A DNA stretch of 63,984 bases, counting the filler, from Nitrospirota bacterium (GTDB lineage: Bacteria; UBA2233), in NCBI GenBank assembly GCA_011620345.1. It is 6 parts of 6 records of this genome, joined end to end, with 100 filler letters (N's around TTAATTAATTAA, not from the genome) between each part and the next. Parts side by side here need not be neighbours in the genome. Positions count along the whole stretch, not along the records: positions 36,633 to 48,010 come from WOZJ01000052.1; positions 48,111 to 58,935 come from WOZJ01000005.1; 4 more parts are not named here. One strand, given 5' to 3'. Below the pieces are notes generated by a model. It ran no database searches. It was not told the origin of the DNA and worked only from the letters and a program-made list of their open reading frames with translations. Position 1 is the first letter of the stretch. Each line of letters begins with the position of its first letter. The translations under genes were made by a program, and so were the position numbers. Of this stretch, positions 37,926 through 48,299 are shown one piece after another.

Positions 37926-37997
37926 AAAACTAACCGATCGAACACGAAAGGCTGGCTGGTAGCCTCAGCAGCGGAAATCCTGCAAAGGAGAGTAAGT

Positions 37998-38360
37998 ATG
38001 GATAAGGATAAGCCACAAAAACCGGCGAATGCCCTCATCCCCCAAGGAACGCCTCTTGGCCTTGAAGAGCTTGCCTCTTACCAAGAAGGATCCATCGTCA
38101 GCCGTATTCTACTTAAGACCGCTTCGGGCTCGGTCACGCTGTTTGCCTTCGATAAAAACCAGGCCTTAAGCGAGCATACGACGCCCTTCGAAGCGCTGGC
38201 CCACATGCTGGAAGGCGAGGCCGAGTTCATCGTTGGGGGCAAAGCGATGAGCTTGAAAGCGGGCCAACTCGTGTGGATGCCCGCAAACATTCCGCATGCC
38301 CTGAAGGCCGTCACGCGCTTTAAAATGCTGCTGACCATGCTAAGCGAGGTGAACTTATGA
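37998..38360 (+). CDS. Cupin domain protein
   Basis: YQEGSIVSR, TLFAFD..Q.LSEHT, MPANIPHAL, FKMLL. Confidence 0.9.
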   Translation: MDKDKPQKPANALIPQGTPLGLEELASYQEGSIVSRILLKTASGSVTLFAFDKNQALSEHTTPFEALAHMLEGEAEFIVGGKAMSLKAGQLVWMPANIPHALKAVTRFKMLLTMLSEVNL

Positions 38361-39562
38361 GCTCTGTTAAAATTATGGACAACTTGTTTTGGTGCGGGGT
38401 TTTTGACCCCAACATGCGTATATTCGATATAGCTATTCCTACGGAAAAAGGCACAACTTATAACAGCTATCTTATCGTTGGCAAGAATAAAAAAGCCTTG
38501 ATAGATGCCAGTAAGCTTGATTTCAAGAAAGAACATTTCGATCATATTGAAGAAATATGCCCGATTAAAGAAATTGACTATATTATCGTCAATCATACCG
38601 AACCGGATCACTCTGGGACTTTGCCCGTGATTGTCGATACAAACCCAGATATTGAGGTTATCTACTCCAAGACAGCAAAAAGCTTTGTTGATAACGTTTT
38701 AAACAGACCGTACAAAGGCCGGGCTGTAGGTGACAATGATGCGATAGATTTAGGGGGGTTGACCCTTCAATTTTTTCATGCACCTTTTCTCCACTGGCCT
38801 GATACAATGTTTACCTATCTAAAAGAATATAAAGTTTTATTCCCCTGTGATTTCCTTGGCTCTCATTACTGCGACACCAATTTATTCAACGACAAAGTTG
38901 TCAATAAAGACGAAGCCTTTGACGCTTTCAAGTATTATTACATGTGCATCATGAGGCCTTTCAATGATTACATATCAAACGCTTTTAAAAAAATAGCGCC
39001 ACTTGACATTCAAATGATTTGCCCTTCTCATGGTCCAATATTGAGAGAAAATCTTGATGCATATATGAATTTTTATAAAGAGCAAGCTAAAAGGCACAAC
39101 CTAAGGAGAGAGAACAACCAGGCCGTTATTGTGTATGCCAGCGCCTATGGCAACACCAAAAAACTGGCGGAAAAAATACGTGAAGGGATTTCCGATAGCG
39201 GCGTAAAAGTAAAGATTTTTGACGCATCAGATTGCAATATGGAAGATCTTATAAACGAAATTGAAGCATCCAATGGGCTTTTAATAGGAACCGCCACAAT
39301 CAATTCTAAAACTCCCAAGCCAATATTTGACGTATTTTCCAGCATGGTTGTTTTAAACGTTGCAGGCAGAATTGCCGGTGTTTTTGGCTCTTATGGTTGG
39401 AGCGGAGAGGGGATTACAATTTGCGAAGATATCGTGAGGACAATGAGAATGAAAACTCCCCTGGAAAGCTTCAAGGTAAAGATGACGCCGAGCGAAAAAG
39501 AATTAAACGATGCTTCCGAATGGGGGAGAGAATTTGGCATTGCACTTTTAGGGTCGAGTTAG
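38357..39562 (+). CDS. fprA: Flavodiiron protein (FprA family)
   Basis: GTTYNSY, NHTEPDHSG, LHWPD, PSHGP, flavodoxin SAYGNT, FGSYGWSGE. Confidence 0.93.
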   Translation: MSSVKIMDNLFWCGVFDPNMRIFDIAIPTEKGTTYNSYLIVGKNKKALIDASKLDFKKEHFDHIEEICPIKEIDYIIVNHTEPDHSGTLPVIVDTNPDIEVIYSKTAKSFVDNVLNRPYKGRAVGDNDAIDLGGLTLQFFHAPFLHWPDTMFTYLKEYKVLFPCDFLGSHYCDTNLFNDKVVNKDEAFDAFKYYYMCIMRPFNDYISNAFKKIAPLDIQMICPSHGPILRENLDAYMNFYKEQAKRHNLRRENNQAVIVYASAYGNTKKLAEKIREGISDSGVKVKIFDASDCNMEDLINEIEASNGLLIGTATINSKTPKPIFDVFSSMVVLNVAGRIAGVFGSYGWSGEGITICEDIVRTMRMKTPLESFKVKMTPSEKELNDASEWGREFGIALLGSS

Positions 39563-39642
39563 GGTTAAGTAATGCACGCACCGCTCAAGCCCGTTACGGG
39601 CTGCAATAACGCCAAAATTCTTCTTTTTGAAGGAGGAGCCTA

Positions 39643-41769
39643 ATGCCAAAGAAGTATGCCGTTTGGTTTGGAACCCCATACCCACTTGGGGCTACGTGGG
39701 ATGGGTTAGGCGTAAACTTCGCCCTTTTTAGCGAGCGGGCGGAAAAAGTCGAGCTTTGTTTGTTCGATGAATCCGGCCAAAACGAGGTCGCCCGCATCCC
39801 CATGCCAGACCAGACAGACCAGATTTGGCATGCCTATCTTCCAGAAGCCCGTCCAGGACTAAAATACGCCTACAGGGTATACGGCCCCTACAAGCCTGAA
39901 GAGGGGCAACGGTTCAACCCCAACAAGCTCCTTTTGGACCCTTATGCCAAGGCGATCGTAGGGGATATCAAGTGGGACGATGCGCACTTCGCCTATAAAG
40001 TCGGCGATCCCCAAGAAGACCTGTCTTTCGACGAGAGAGACAGCGCACCATTCACCCCTAAAGGCGTCGTCGTGGAACAAGCCTTCAGCTGGGGGAAAGA
40101 TGCAAAGCTCGACATCCCGTGGCACGAGACGATTATCTACGAGATGCACGTGAAGGGCTTCAGCAAGCTCAACCACCAACTTCCCGAAGAGCTTCGCGGC
40201 ACCTACGCCGGGCTTGGCAGCGAGCCTGCAATAGATTATTTTAAAAGGCTTGGGGTTACCTCTCTCGAGCTCATGCCCGTCCATACGTTCGCCGATGACC
40301 GCTACCTGGTCGAAAAGGGCCTTCGCAACTACTGGGGCTACAACTCGATCGGGTTCTTTGCTCCCGACATGCGCTACAGCGCGACAGGCCAGATTGCGGA
40401 GTTCAAGACCATGGTCAAGGCGCTCCATGCGGCCGGGATCGAGGTAATTTTAGATGTCGTGTACAACCACACGGCCGAAGGCAACCATTTGGGGCCTACG
40501 CTAAGCTTCAAGGGGATCGACAACGCCGCCTACTACCGGCTTGTTAATGACGACCCCCGCCATTACATGGACTACACGGGATGCGGTAACTCGCTCAACA
40601 TGGACCACCCCAGAGTCCTCCAGCTCATCATGGACAGCCTGCGCTACTGGATCACGGAAATGCATGTCGACGGGTTTCGGTTCGATCTTGCCTCGACATT
40701 GGCCAGGGAACTGCACGAGGTGAACCGGCTAGGGAGCTTTTTTGACATCATCTGCCAAGACCCGGTTATATCACAGACAAAGCTCATTGCCGAGCCTTGG
40801 GACCTTGGCGAAGGCGGTTATCAAGTTGGAAACTTCCCGCCTGGCTGGGCCGAATGGAACGATAAGTACCGCGATTGCATGCGCCGATACTGGAAAGGGG
40901 ACGGTGGGCAGATCGGAGAGCTCGCCTACAGGCTGACGGGCTCGTCCGATTTGTATGCCCTCTCTGGACGTCGGCCCGTCGCCTCGATTAACTTCATCAC
41001 GGCACACGATGGGTTTACGCTCAACGATTTAGTCAGCTACAACGAAAAGCACAACGAGGCCAACTTAGAGGACAATAAAGACGGCTCGGACAACAACCTA
41101 AGCTGGAACTGCGGGGCTGAGGGTCCGAGCGATGCCCCCGAGATCAACGAGCTAAGGGCCCGTCAAAAAAGAAATTTCTTGGCAACACTTTTGCTTTCCC
41201 AAGGGGTGCCGATGCTCTTGATGGGCGATGAGGTTAACCGCTCCCAAATGGGCAACAACAACGCCTACTGCCAAGACAACGAAATCACGTGGATGCGCTG
41301 GGATTTCAAGCCCGAGGATAGGGAGCTCTTCAAGTTTGTTCGCGACGTCCTCGCGTTTCGAAAGTCACACCCCATATTGCACCGGGCTCACTTCTTCCAG
41401 GGCCGTCCAATCCATGGGACGGGGATTAAAGACATTCTTTGGCTTAACTCCTCCGGCCAGGAGATGAGCGACGAAGAATGGGAGCAGGCGTTTACCCGTT
41501 GCCTTGGCGTGTTCTTTGCGGGTTCTGGGCTGACCGAGATGGACGAGAGGGGCCGCCCACTCGTCGACGACAACATGCTGATCCTACTAAGCTCCCATCA
41601 CGAGGAGATCCCCTTCAAGATCCCCGAACTTCCGATCGAGGGCAGCTGGGAGGTAGCCTTCGATACGTCCGATCCAAAGCGAAAGGGCTCTTGGTTTGCA
41701 CCCGGAGACGAGTATCCGCTGGCAAACCGCTCGTTTGTCGTGCTGTTGAACGCAAGGCCGGAGGAATAG
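39643..41769 (+). CDS. glgX: Glycogen debranching enzyme
   Basis: [45 protein letters not shown]. Confidence 0.97.
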   Translation: MPKKYAVWFGTPYPLGATWDGLGVNFALFSERAEKVELCLFDESGQNEVARIPMPDQTDQIWHAYLPEARPGLKYAYRVYGPYKPEEGQRFNPNKLLLDPYAKAIVGDIKWDDAHFAYKVGDPQEDLSFDERDSAPFTPKGVVVEQAFSWGKDAKLDIPWHETIIYEMHVKGFSKLNHQLPEELRGTYAGLGSEPAIDYFKRLGVTSLELMPVHTFADDRYLVEKGLRNYWGYNSIGFFAPDMRYSATGQIAEFKTMVKALHAAGIEVILDVVYNHTAEGNHLGPTLSFKGIDNAAYYRLVNDDPRHYMDYTGCGNSLNMDHPRVLQLIMDSLRYWITEMHVDGFRFDLASTLARELHEVNRLGSFFDIICQDPVISQTKLIAEPWDLGEGGYQVGNFPPGWAEWNDKYRDCMRRYWKGDGGQIGELAYRLTGSSDLYALSGRRPVASINFITAHDGFTLNDLVSYNEKHNEANLEDNKDGSDNNLSWNCGAEGPSDAPEINELRARQKRNFLATLLLSQGVPMLLMGDEVNRSQMGNNNAYCQDNEITWMRWDFKPEDRELFKFVRDVLAFRKSHPILHRAHFFQGRPIHGTGIKDILWLNSSGQEMSDEEWEQAFTRCLGVFFAGSGLTEMDERGRPLVDDNMLILLSSHHEEIPFKIPELPIEGSWEVAFDTSDPKRKGSWFAPGDEYPLANRSFVVLLNARPEE

Positions 41770-41819
41770 TCGGGCTTTAAGGGAAACGGGCAAACAATGC
41801 TCGGCGAACGCCGCCACAA

Positions 41820-43412
41820 TCAAGGGGCGAGAAGTTTGCCCGGGTTGAGCATGCCTGTGGGGTCGAGTGTAGCCTTGAGCGATCGAAGCAAGGAAAGCCC
41901 GGCCTCGCCTTTTTCTTCGGTCATGTAAGAGAGGTGGTCGGAGCCTACTCCGTGGTGGTGGGTGAGCGTGGCTTTCTGCCCAAGGACGGCTTGGATGGAG
42001 GCACGCTTGATCGTTTGCCAGCACGCGAGGGTTTCTTCAAACCCCTTGGCAAGCCTAAAAAAGAACGTGAAGTAAAGGCTCGCGCCTGTTTCGTAGCCGT
42101 GCGAGAGGTGCGCCATGGCATAGACCCGGCCGTTATCTGTAGCGAGCGCGCCCTGCATGGCCTTCATGACGGCCCCGTAGGTAGGCAGGAGCCTGGAGTA
42201 GGCCGTTGCGGTCTCTAGCGTATCCACTCCGTAGCCAAGCTCCCAAAGCGCGTTGCGCAGGTATGGCAGCCGAAAGCGGCTCTTTTGCCAGCTCTTCCCG
42301 GGGATCCTTCCAAGCCCTATGCCCTTGTGCGTACGGACCACCGCAGCGGCTTCTTGAAGGGCCTTCGCAACGTCCCCCCGCCTGCCGGCCGCTCCGTAGA
42401 GCAAAAGACAGCGCTGTTCCCCTTTTGGCATGCGAAATCGCAGCGCCCTGTTGGCCAGCCCTCCAAGCCTGCCCAAATTGGCCAAAAGAAAGGAAACTCT
42501 CGTCTCGAAGACATCGCTTAGCCGAAGCATGCATAAGGGGACTCGCGCTTGGATAAGCTCCCGAACCGCCTCGAGCCCTGCCTCGAACCCCGGAAGCAGC
42601 GCGCCCACGAAGGCTTGCTTTTCTGGGAGCGGCCGAACCCTCACGACGGCCTCGGTCAAAACGCCAAAGCACCCTTCCGAGCCAAGGACGACGTGCTTGA
42701 GCTCAGCCCCGGCCGCCGAAGCGGGGTGCGGGGGAATGTCGAGCCTCCCTGCCGGCGTGATCATACGCCCGCCTTGGAACATGTCCGCAATTCTTCCGTA
42801 GCCCAGCGACTCCTGGCCGCTCGAGTGCGTCACGACCCAGCCGCCCAAGCTCGAATAGGCGAAGGATTGCGGGAAATGCCCGAGCGTGAACCCATTGGCC
42901 CTTAGCTGCGCCTCGAGCCATGGGCCTTGAACGCCCGCCTCGAACCTCGCCAAATGGCTTTTTTGATCGAGCTCGAGCAGGGCCTGCATCCTTTCGAGGC
43001 TAAGGGTCAAAACGGGCTTTCCGTTCTCAACTGGGTTCACCCCGCCCGTAACGGAGGTTCCGCCTCCGTACGGAATGACCTGCGCATCGATCCCACTTGC
43101 CCATTCGAGCAATTCTTCGATGTCCGATGGGCAAACAGGAAACGCGACGCCATCCGGCACGTTGGGAACTTCCCCGAACCGAAGCGCCGCCAAATCGGCA
43201 AAGCTCTGGCCGCGCGCACGCACAAGCCGTGTCTTTGGGTCACAGGCCACAAGCGGATGATCGGGAAGCCTGGGAAACGGCACAGGGATACTCTCGGCCG
43301 GAACACTGGGTGCTGGGGCGCTTTCTCCAAGCTCGGCCACAAGAAACCCCAGAGCCTCTTTTGGAAGAGGATAGACAACATCCTCTTCACCCCAGCCGTT
43401 CCAGCGGCGCAT
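41820..43412 (-). CDS. FAD-linked oxidase, alkyl-DHAP synthase-like
   Basis: MRRWNGWG, PYGGGTSV, GHFPQSF, GSEG.FG, DTLET, AHLSH, HHHGVG, LNPGKL. Confidence 0.88.
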   Translation of the reverse strand: MRRWNGWGEEDVVYPLPKEALGFLVAELGESAPAPSVPAESIPVPFPRLPDHPLVACDPKTRLVRARGQSFADLAALRFGEVPNVPDGVAFPVCPSDIEELLEWASGIDAQVIPYGGGTSVTGGVNPVENGKPVLTLSLERMQALLELDQKSHLARFEAGVQGPWLEAQLRANGFTLGHFPQSFAYSSLGGWVVTHSSGQESLGYGRIADMFQGGRMITPAGRLDIPPHPASAAGAELKHVVLGSEGCFGVLTEAVVRVRPLPEKQAFVGALLPGFEAGLEAVRELIQARVPLCMLRLSDVFETRVSFLLANLGRLGGLANRALRFRMPKGEQRCLLLYGAAGRRGDVAKALQEAAAVVRTHKGIGLGRIPGKSWQKSRFRLPYLRNALWELGYGVDTLETATAYSRLLPTYGAVMKAMQGALATDNGRVYAMAHLSHGYETGASLYFTFFFRLAKGFEETLACWQTIKRASIQAVLGQKATLTHHHGVGSDHLSYMTEEKGEAGLSLLRSLKATLDPTGMLNPGKLLAP

Positions 43413-43414
43413 GG

Positions 43415-45007
43415 CTACCCTCCCATGGGAGCATAAGCTCTGTCGACGAGCGCGAGATAATCCTTCCATTCGGCATTCCAGCGCGGCTCGTCCCAGCCCA
43501 GCGGAGCCAAAAGCCGCGCTTTAAGCTTCCCTCCAAGCATCGAGCCACCTTTTGGCAAAAGATGCCCGAGCCTGGTTCTTCGCAAGAGCAAATCGTCCAA
43601 GTGTACGATGCGCTCGTTTTTGGCTGCATAAACGAGCTCTCCAAAGCTATACGGTGTCCCCTGGACTGTCTTCAAGTCGGCAGGGCTTACGCCTTTCATG
43701 AAGGCCGCTAAATCTGGCCCATACCTGCCTGCAAGCCGAAGCGTGCTTGGAAGGCCAAGCCCGGGGTAAGATTCCATCACCAGCGAAAGCGCACCTTCTG
43801 GGGTCTGCTCAAGCCCTACCGATCGCCCCTTTGGCTGCAACCCCCTTCCCGAAATTCGCTTGAGGATGAAAGCGAGCGTCTTTTGACCCATGACCCGAAA
43901 TGTCGTGAGCTTTCCGCCCGTGATCGTGATCAGTCCTTGCTCGTCTAGCAACGCCTCTTCCCTGCTTTCCTCGGAGGGGGGCCTGTCTCCCCTACCGACA
44001 ACGGGCCGAACGCCCGCGTAGGTGCCGAGCATGTCCTTCTGGCCCAGCCCAAGCTCACGAAAGCGCCGCTCGATCCCCTCTAAAAGGTAAGAAACTTCCG
44101 CTTCAGAGGCCACGGGCTCTTCGTCCAAAGGGGCCTTGTGGTCCACATCCGTCGTCCCGACAAGGCTCACCCCCTCCCAAGGGAAGGCATAGATCGGCCT
44201 TCCGTCTCGATGGTGGGCAAACGTCACAGAAAGCGCCACGGGAAGCTTTTCTTGGGGGAAGACAAGGTGCGTCCCCCGAAGCGGCCTAAGCATGGCTGGC
44301 TTTCCAAGGTGCGCCCTGAGCTTATCCCCCAAAGCCCCCGCGGCGTTGACAACCACCCTTGCCTGGATTTCGTGCGTCGCGCTCGAGCGAAGGTCGCTCA
44401 CGGCCAGGCCTGCGACCTCACCCTTCGCGTTTAGAAGCAGCCCTTCGACTTTTGTATAGTTCATAGTGATGGCCCCGAAACGTTCGGCCTCCCGAAGGAC
44501 ACGGTAAACGAGCCTCGCATCGTCCACAATTCCGTCAAAATAGAAAAAGGCCGCCTTTAGCCCTTTTAGCTGGACGTTTGGGGCCGAGAGCCAGCTGTCC
44601 ATCTCGTTCAAACGGCCGAAGGGGCGCTTGCTTTTGGCGAGCGCTTGGTAGAGCCTAAGGCCCGACGACAACATCCAAGGACGCATTTTGTCGCCCTCGT
44701 GGATTAGATAGAGGTACTTGAGAGGCTCTACGAGCCCCGCCCCTTCTTGAAGCAGCCGCTCGCGCTCTCTGGCCCCCTCTTTGACGAGCCCGATCTTTGC
44801 TTGCTTTAGGTAGCGAAGGCCGCCGTGGATCATCTTGGAGCTCCGAGACGAAGTCCCGCATGCAAAATCACGCTGCTCAAAAAGGACGACAGAAAGCCCG
44901 GCGCGCGCCGCCTCCCTGGCCACGGCCACACCCGTGATGCCGCCGCCCACCACAGCCACATCCCAAACCTTGGAAACAAGCCCCTCTATCAACTTGGCCT
45001 CTCGCAA
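43415..45007 (-). CDS. Glycerol-3-phosphate dehydrogenase/oxidase (GlpD family)
   Basis: GGGITG, GTSSRSSKMIHGGLRYL, DDARL, GTTD, GGKLTTFR, RRTR; start estimated (TTG). Confidence 0.9.
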   Translation of the reverse strand: MREAKLIEGLVSKVWDVAVVGGGITGVAVAREAARAGLSVVLFEQRDFACGTSSRSSKMIHGGLRYLKQAKIGLVKEGARERERLLQEGAGLVEPLKYLYLIHEGDKMRPWMLSSGLRLYQALAKSKRPFGRLNEMDSWLSAPNVQLKGLKAAFFYFDGIVDDARLVYRVLREAERFGAITMNYTKVEGLLLNAKGEVAGLAVSDLRSSATHEIQARVVVNAAGALGDKLRAHLGKPAMLRPLRGTHLVFPQEKLPVALSVTFAHHRDGRPIYAFPWEGVSLVGTTDVDHKAPLDEEPVASEAEVSYLLEGIERRFRELGLGQKDMLGTYAGVRPVVGRGDRPPSEESREEALLDEQGLITITGGKLTTFRVMGQKTLAFILKRISGRGLQPKGRSVGLEQTPEGALSLVMESYPGLGLPSTLRLAGRYGPDLAAFMKGVSPADLKTVQGTPYSFGELVYAAKNERIVHLDDLLLRRTRLGHLLPKGGSMLGGKLKARLLAPLGWDEPRWNAEWKDYLALVDRAYAPMGG

Positions 45008-45085
45008 AACTTTACCTGTATACAGCTTGATGATATCATACATCAGACTGTGTACAGACCAAAAATAACCCTCAAGGAGGACGAA

Positions 45086-45904
45086 ATGTCCAGGATAAGG
45101 CTTGGAGCTTGGCAAACGTTCGTAAGCATCTGCCTGGCGCTCGCGTGCTTTATCGGTCTGGCACAAAGCCAGGAGCTTGGGGCTATCCAAGCCCCCCCCA
45201 AGGGCAGCTCCTTTACGTTCGAGGTCAAGGCAACGGGCGATAAGCCCGCCACGATGAGCCTCTGGCAGGTCCCGGGAGAAGGGCTCGAGGTTCACACGCT
45301 CAAGGGCCTCGTCCGTAACGTGAAAGGAAGGATCGGTTCGCAAACCCTTGAACAAGCAACGCCCTACAACTGCCTGGCCTGGGAAATTACGAAGCCGAAC
45401 GATCCTAAGTTTCGAGGCGAGTACCTCTACGCGATCGTGGACAACGCGCTTTGCTGCTATTTAGAACGGCAGAGTTCGGGCGAAGAGAAATACTACGTCA
45501 AGCCGCTTGCGCTGTTTAGGTTTCCTTTGAGGCCGGAGGATAGCTTCAAAAACAGTACAACCTTCTATCTGCATCTTCCGGATACGGGCATTACGCTCGC
45601 CAAATCCTACACTTCCAAGGGGGCTACTACCGACACGATCGAGGCCGAGGTGACCGTTGGCCAACAAGAGCAAATCACGACCAAAGCGGGCACGTTCCCC
45701 ACGACAAAAGTCACGGTCACATTCCGCTCGCATACGGGCCGGTTTTTGACGTCCGCCAACACGACGATCACGATGGAGCGCTGGTGGTCCGAAAAGCTCG
45801 GCTACTTTATCAAAGAGCACGACGACATCCTGATGGACGCCCTAATCGACAGCAAAGGCACGGTTAACAAAGAACTCGTAAGCTTTAGGCTTCCTTCCCC
45901 CTAG
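45086..45904 (+). CDS. Secreted hypothetical beta-rich protein
   Basis: RBS AAGGAGG, signal peptide, EQITTKAGTFPTTKV motif. Confidence 0.75.
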   Translation: MSRIRLGAWQTFVSICLALACFIGLAQSQELGAIQAPPKGSSFTFEVKATGDKPATMSLWQVPGEGLEVHTLKGLVRNVKGRIGSQTLEQATPYNCLAWEITKPNDPKFRGEYLYAIVDNALCCYLERQSSGEEKYYVKPLALFRFPLRPEDSFKNSTTFYLHLPDTGITLAKSYTSKGATTDTIEAEVTVGQQEQITTKAGTFPTTKVTVTFRSHTGRFLTSANTTITMERWWSEKLGYFIKEHDDILMDALIDSKGTVNKELVSFRLPSP

Positions 45905-45999
45905 CCTTGCTTCATGGCCCGTATGCGTGTACGCTGTATTGGGCACTTCTAGATAAGTTATGCCCAAATTGTCTTAAAACACTATCGAGAGGAGTGAGG

Positions 46000-47280
46000 A
46001 TGGAATCAAAAGAAAATACGCTTTGGAGATCTTTAGGAATGGATCTGGAGCGTCACGACGCCTTCCTTTCTCCCTTGCCCAAGGTGTATGAGGAAATATT
46101 CCTAAGCCAGCCCAACAGGCCTAAAGGGATGGCATACTTCGACACCGTCATGTCGGGCGTCCACAGCCTTCGGGTCGAAGAGCTCGTCGCACACAAGCAA
46201 CAAGGCGGCTTCGTCGTCGGCACGTATTGCGTTTACGTCCCAGACGAGCTGATCCTCGCCATGGGGGGGATTCCCGTGGGGCTCTGCGCCGGCGCTCATT
46301 TCAGCGTTCCCGCAGCCGAGGCCGTTTTGCCCCAGACCCTTTGTCCCCTGATAAAATCTACCTTCGGGTTCTACCTTGAACGCATCTGCCCCTACATGCA
46401 AGCCTGCGACCTGATCGTCGGCGAGACAACCTGCGATGGCAAAAAGAAGGCCTGGGAGATCATGGCAGATGGTCTTCCCCTTTACGTCATGGAGCTGCCG
46501 CAGAAAAAAGGCCCAAAAGATGAAGAACTCTGGCAATCAGAGGTTTGGGGGTTGCTAGACGAGATCCGCGCCCGTTTCCACGCCCAAATGCCCAGCGTCC
46601 AATCCCTACAAGACGCCATCCACAAGGTCAACCGCAAGCGTTCCGCCCTGAAAGAGCTCTATGCCCTAAGGCAGAACGACCCCGCCCCGATCAGCGGCAA
46701 GGACAGCCTACTCGTTTCACAGCTCGCCTTTTTTGACGACCCCGAGCGGTTCGCAAGCCAGGTAGAAGCCTTGAACGAAGAGCTCAAGGCGCGCGTGGGG
46801 CGCGGCGAAGGGGTGGCCCCCAAGGGCAGCCCAAGGCTGCTCATCGCCGGCACCCCCATGCCATTGCCAGACTGGAAGCTCCACCATATCCTCGAAACGA
46901 GCGGAGGGGTGGCGGTAGCCGAAGAGACCTGTACCGGAACCCGCTACTTAGAAGCTAGCGCTGAAGGGGATGCAAAGACACGGGAAGCCTTGATCGAGAG
47001 CATCGCAGACCGCTTCCTAGGGGTTCACTGCGCCTGCTTCAGCCCCAACCCGGAGCGTATCGAAGATATCATTCGCCTGGCCAAGTCGCAAAAAGCGGAC
47101 GGGGTTATCTACGCCACTTTGCCGTTTTGTCAAACCTACCAGCTGGAGTTTCCGGGGGTCCAGAAAGCGCTAAGGGAGGCGGGCATCCCCCTCCTTTCGA
47201 TAGAGAGCGATTTCAGCGACGAGGATGCGGGCCAGCTCTCGACGCGCGTCCAAGCGTTTTTGGAGATGATCGGTAAATGA
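46000..47280 (+). CDS. Probable double-cubane cluster reductase (HGD-D superfamily)
   Basis: YCVYVP, GLCAG, LCPLIKS, ETTCDGKKK, EETCTG, CACF.PN, FCQ cysteine motifs in one chain. Confidence 0.8.
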   Translation: MESKENTLWRSLGMDLERHDAFLSPLPKVYEEIFLSQPNRPKGMAYFDTVMSGVHSLRVEELVAHKQQGGFVVGTYCVYVPDELILAMGGIPVGLCAGAHFSVPAAEAVLPQTLCPLIKSTFGFYLERICPYMQACDLIVGETTCDGKKKAWEIMADGLPLYVMELPQKKGPKDEELWQSEVWGLLDEIRARFHAQMPSVQSLQDAIHKVNRKRSALKELYALRQNDPAPISGKDSLLVSQLAFFDDPERFASQVEALNEELKARVGRGEGVAPKGSPRLLIAGTPMPLPDWKLHHILETSGGVAVAEETCTGTRYLEASAEGDAKTREALIESIADRFLGVHCACFSPNPERIEDIIRLAKSQKADGVIYATLPFCQTYQLEFPGVQKALREAGIPLLSIESDFSDEDAGQLSTRVQAFLEMIGK

Positions 47281-48010
47281 TCGTTGCCGGGCTGGACATA
47301 GGCTCGACCACGACGAAGGCTTACTTGATTTCCGAAAAACCGCTCGGCGGGGCCGTTCTTCCTACGGCCCCAAGCCCTTCTAAGGCGGCCAAAAAAGCGC
47401 TCGAGGCCGCCTGCAACCGCTCTTCGATCGTACCCGAGGCCATCTTGCGCATCGTGGCCACGGGCTACGGGCGAAAGGCCTTCTTGCCTGCAAGCGCCTG
47501 CATCAGCGAAATCACCGCACAGGCTAAAGGAGTAAGCTTTCTCTTCCCTAGGGCGCGGAGCATCCTGGATATCGGCGGGCAAGATAGCAAGGCAATCGCG
47601 CTGAACGAGCGGGGAGAAGTTCAAGACTTCGTCATGAACGACAAGTGCGCCGCGGGCACGGGCAGGTTTTTGGAGTTCACGCTTCATAGCCTGGGCATTT
47701 CTTTTGAGCAGCTGCCCAAGCTCGCAGACGCCGAGCCATACCCCTTGAACACAACCTGTGCCGTGTTCGCCCAGTCCGAGGTTGTCTCGCTCCTTTCCGG
47801 CGAAGTGCCGCTACCGGCCATCGTGGCGGGGCTTTTTTGGCAGATGGCGACGAAGGCAAAAAACCTGGCATCGAGGCTAAGGCTCGCTTTCCCGCTCGTT
47901 TTCACGGGCGGTATGGCCAGGCTCTCTCAGGCCGGAAACGCCCTTTCCAGGAGCTTCCAGGAAGAAATCCTCATCCCCGATGAGCCCCAGCTCACGGCAG
48001 CGCTCGGGGC
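47277..48010 (+). CDS. ATP-dependent activator (BcrAD/BadFG family), cut by the gap
   Basis: GLDIGSTTTK, ATGYGR, DIGGQDSK, MNDKCAAGTGRFLE, CAVFAQSE; ATGA overlap. Confidence 0.93.
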
Positions 48011-48110
48011 NNNNNNNNNNNNNNNNNNNNNNNNNNNNNNNNNNNNNNNNNNNNTTAATTAATTAANNNNNNNNNNNNNNNNNNNNNNNNNNNNNNNNNN
48101 NNNNNNNNNN
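48011..48110. other. Artificial contig spacer
   Basis: N44-TTAATTAATTAA-N44. Confidence 0.98.
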
Positions 48111-48120
48111 CTTCCCATCT

Positions 48121-48232
48121 GATAGCCGGGTCTTTCTAGGCCCGGCGCAAAGAGAGCTGGACAAGAATGTCCCGCCTATCGGGGGCCGGCGGAAAGGCAG
48201 AACGTAGCGGGACAAGAATGTCCCGCCTATCG
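48121..48232. repeat. Second REP-like cluster
   Basis: GATAGCCGGGTCTTTCTAGGCCCGGC at 48121-48146; exact 23-nt repeat GGACAAGAATGTCCCGCCTATCG at 48159 and 48210. Confidence 0.7.
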
Positions 48233-48299
48233 AGGGGCTTGGCTTCGGTGATCTTCATGGCAAACGAAAGACATAGAAGGAAGAACATAGCCCGGCGAG

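Noticed and set aside
45008-45355. N-terminal extension of the GlpD-like ORF
   Set aside because: Antisense to the gene at 45086; the FAD motif lies just after ~45007
48159-48232. 23-nt direct repeat as a CRISPR array
   Set aside because: Only two copies, no cas genes, and similar to the dispersed palindromes near 1764-1880
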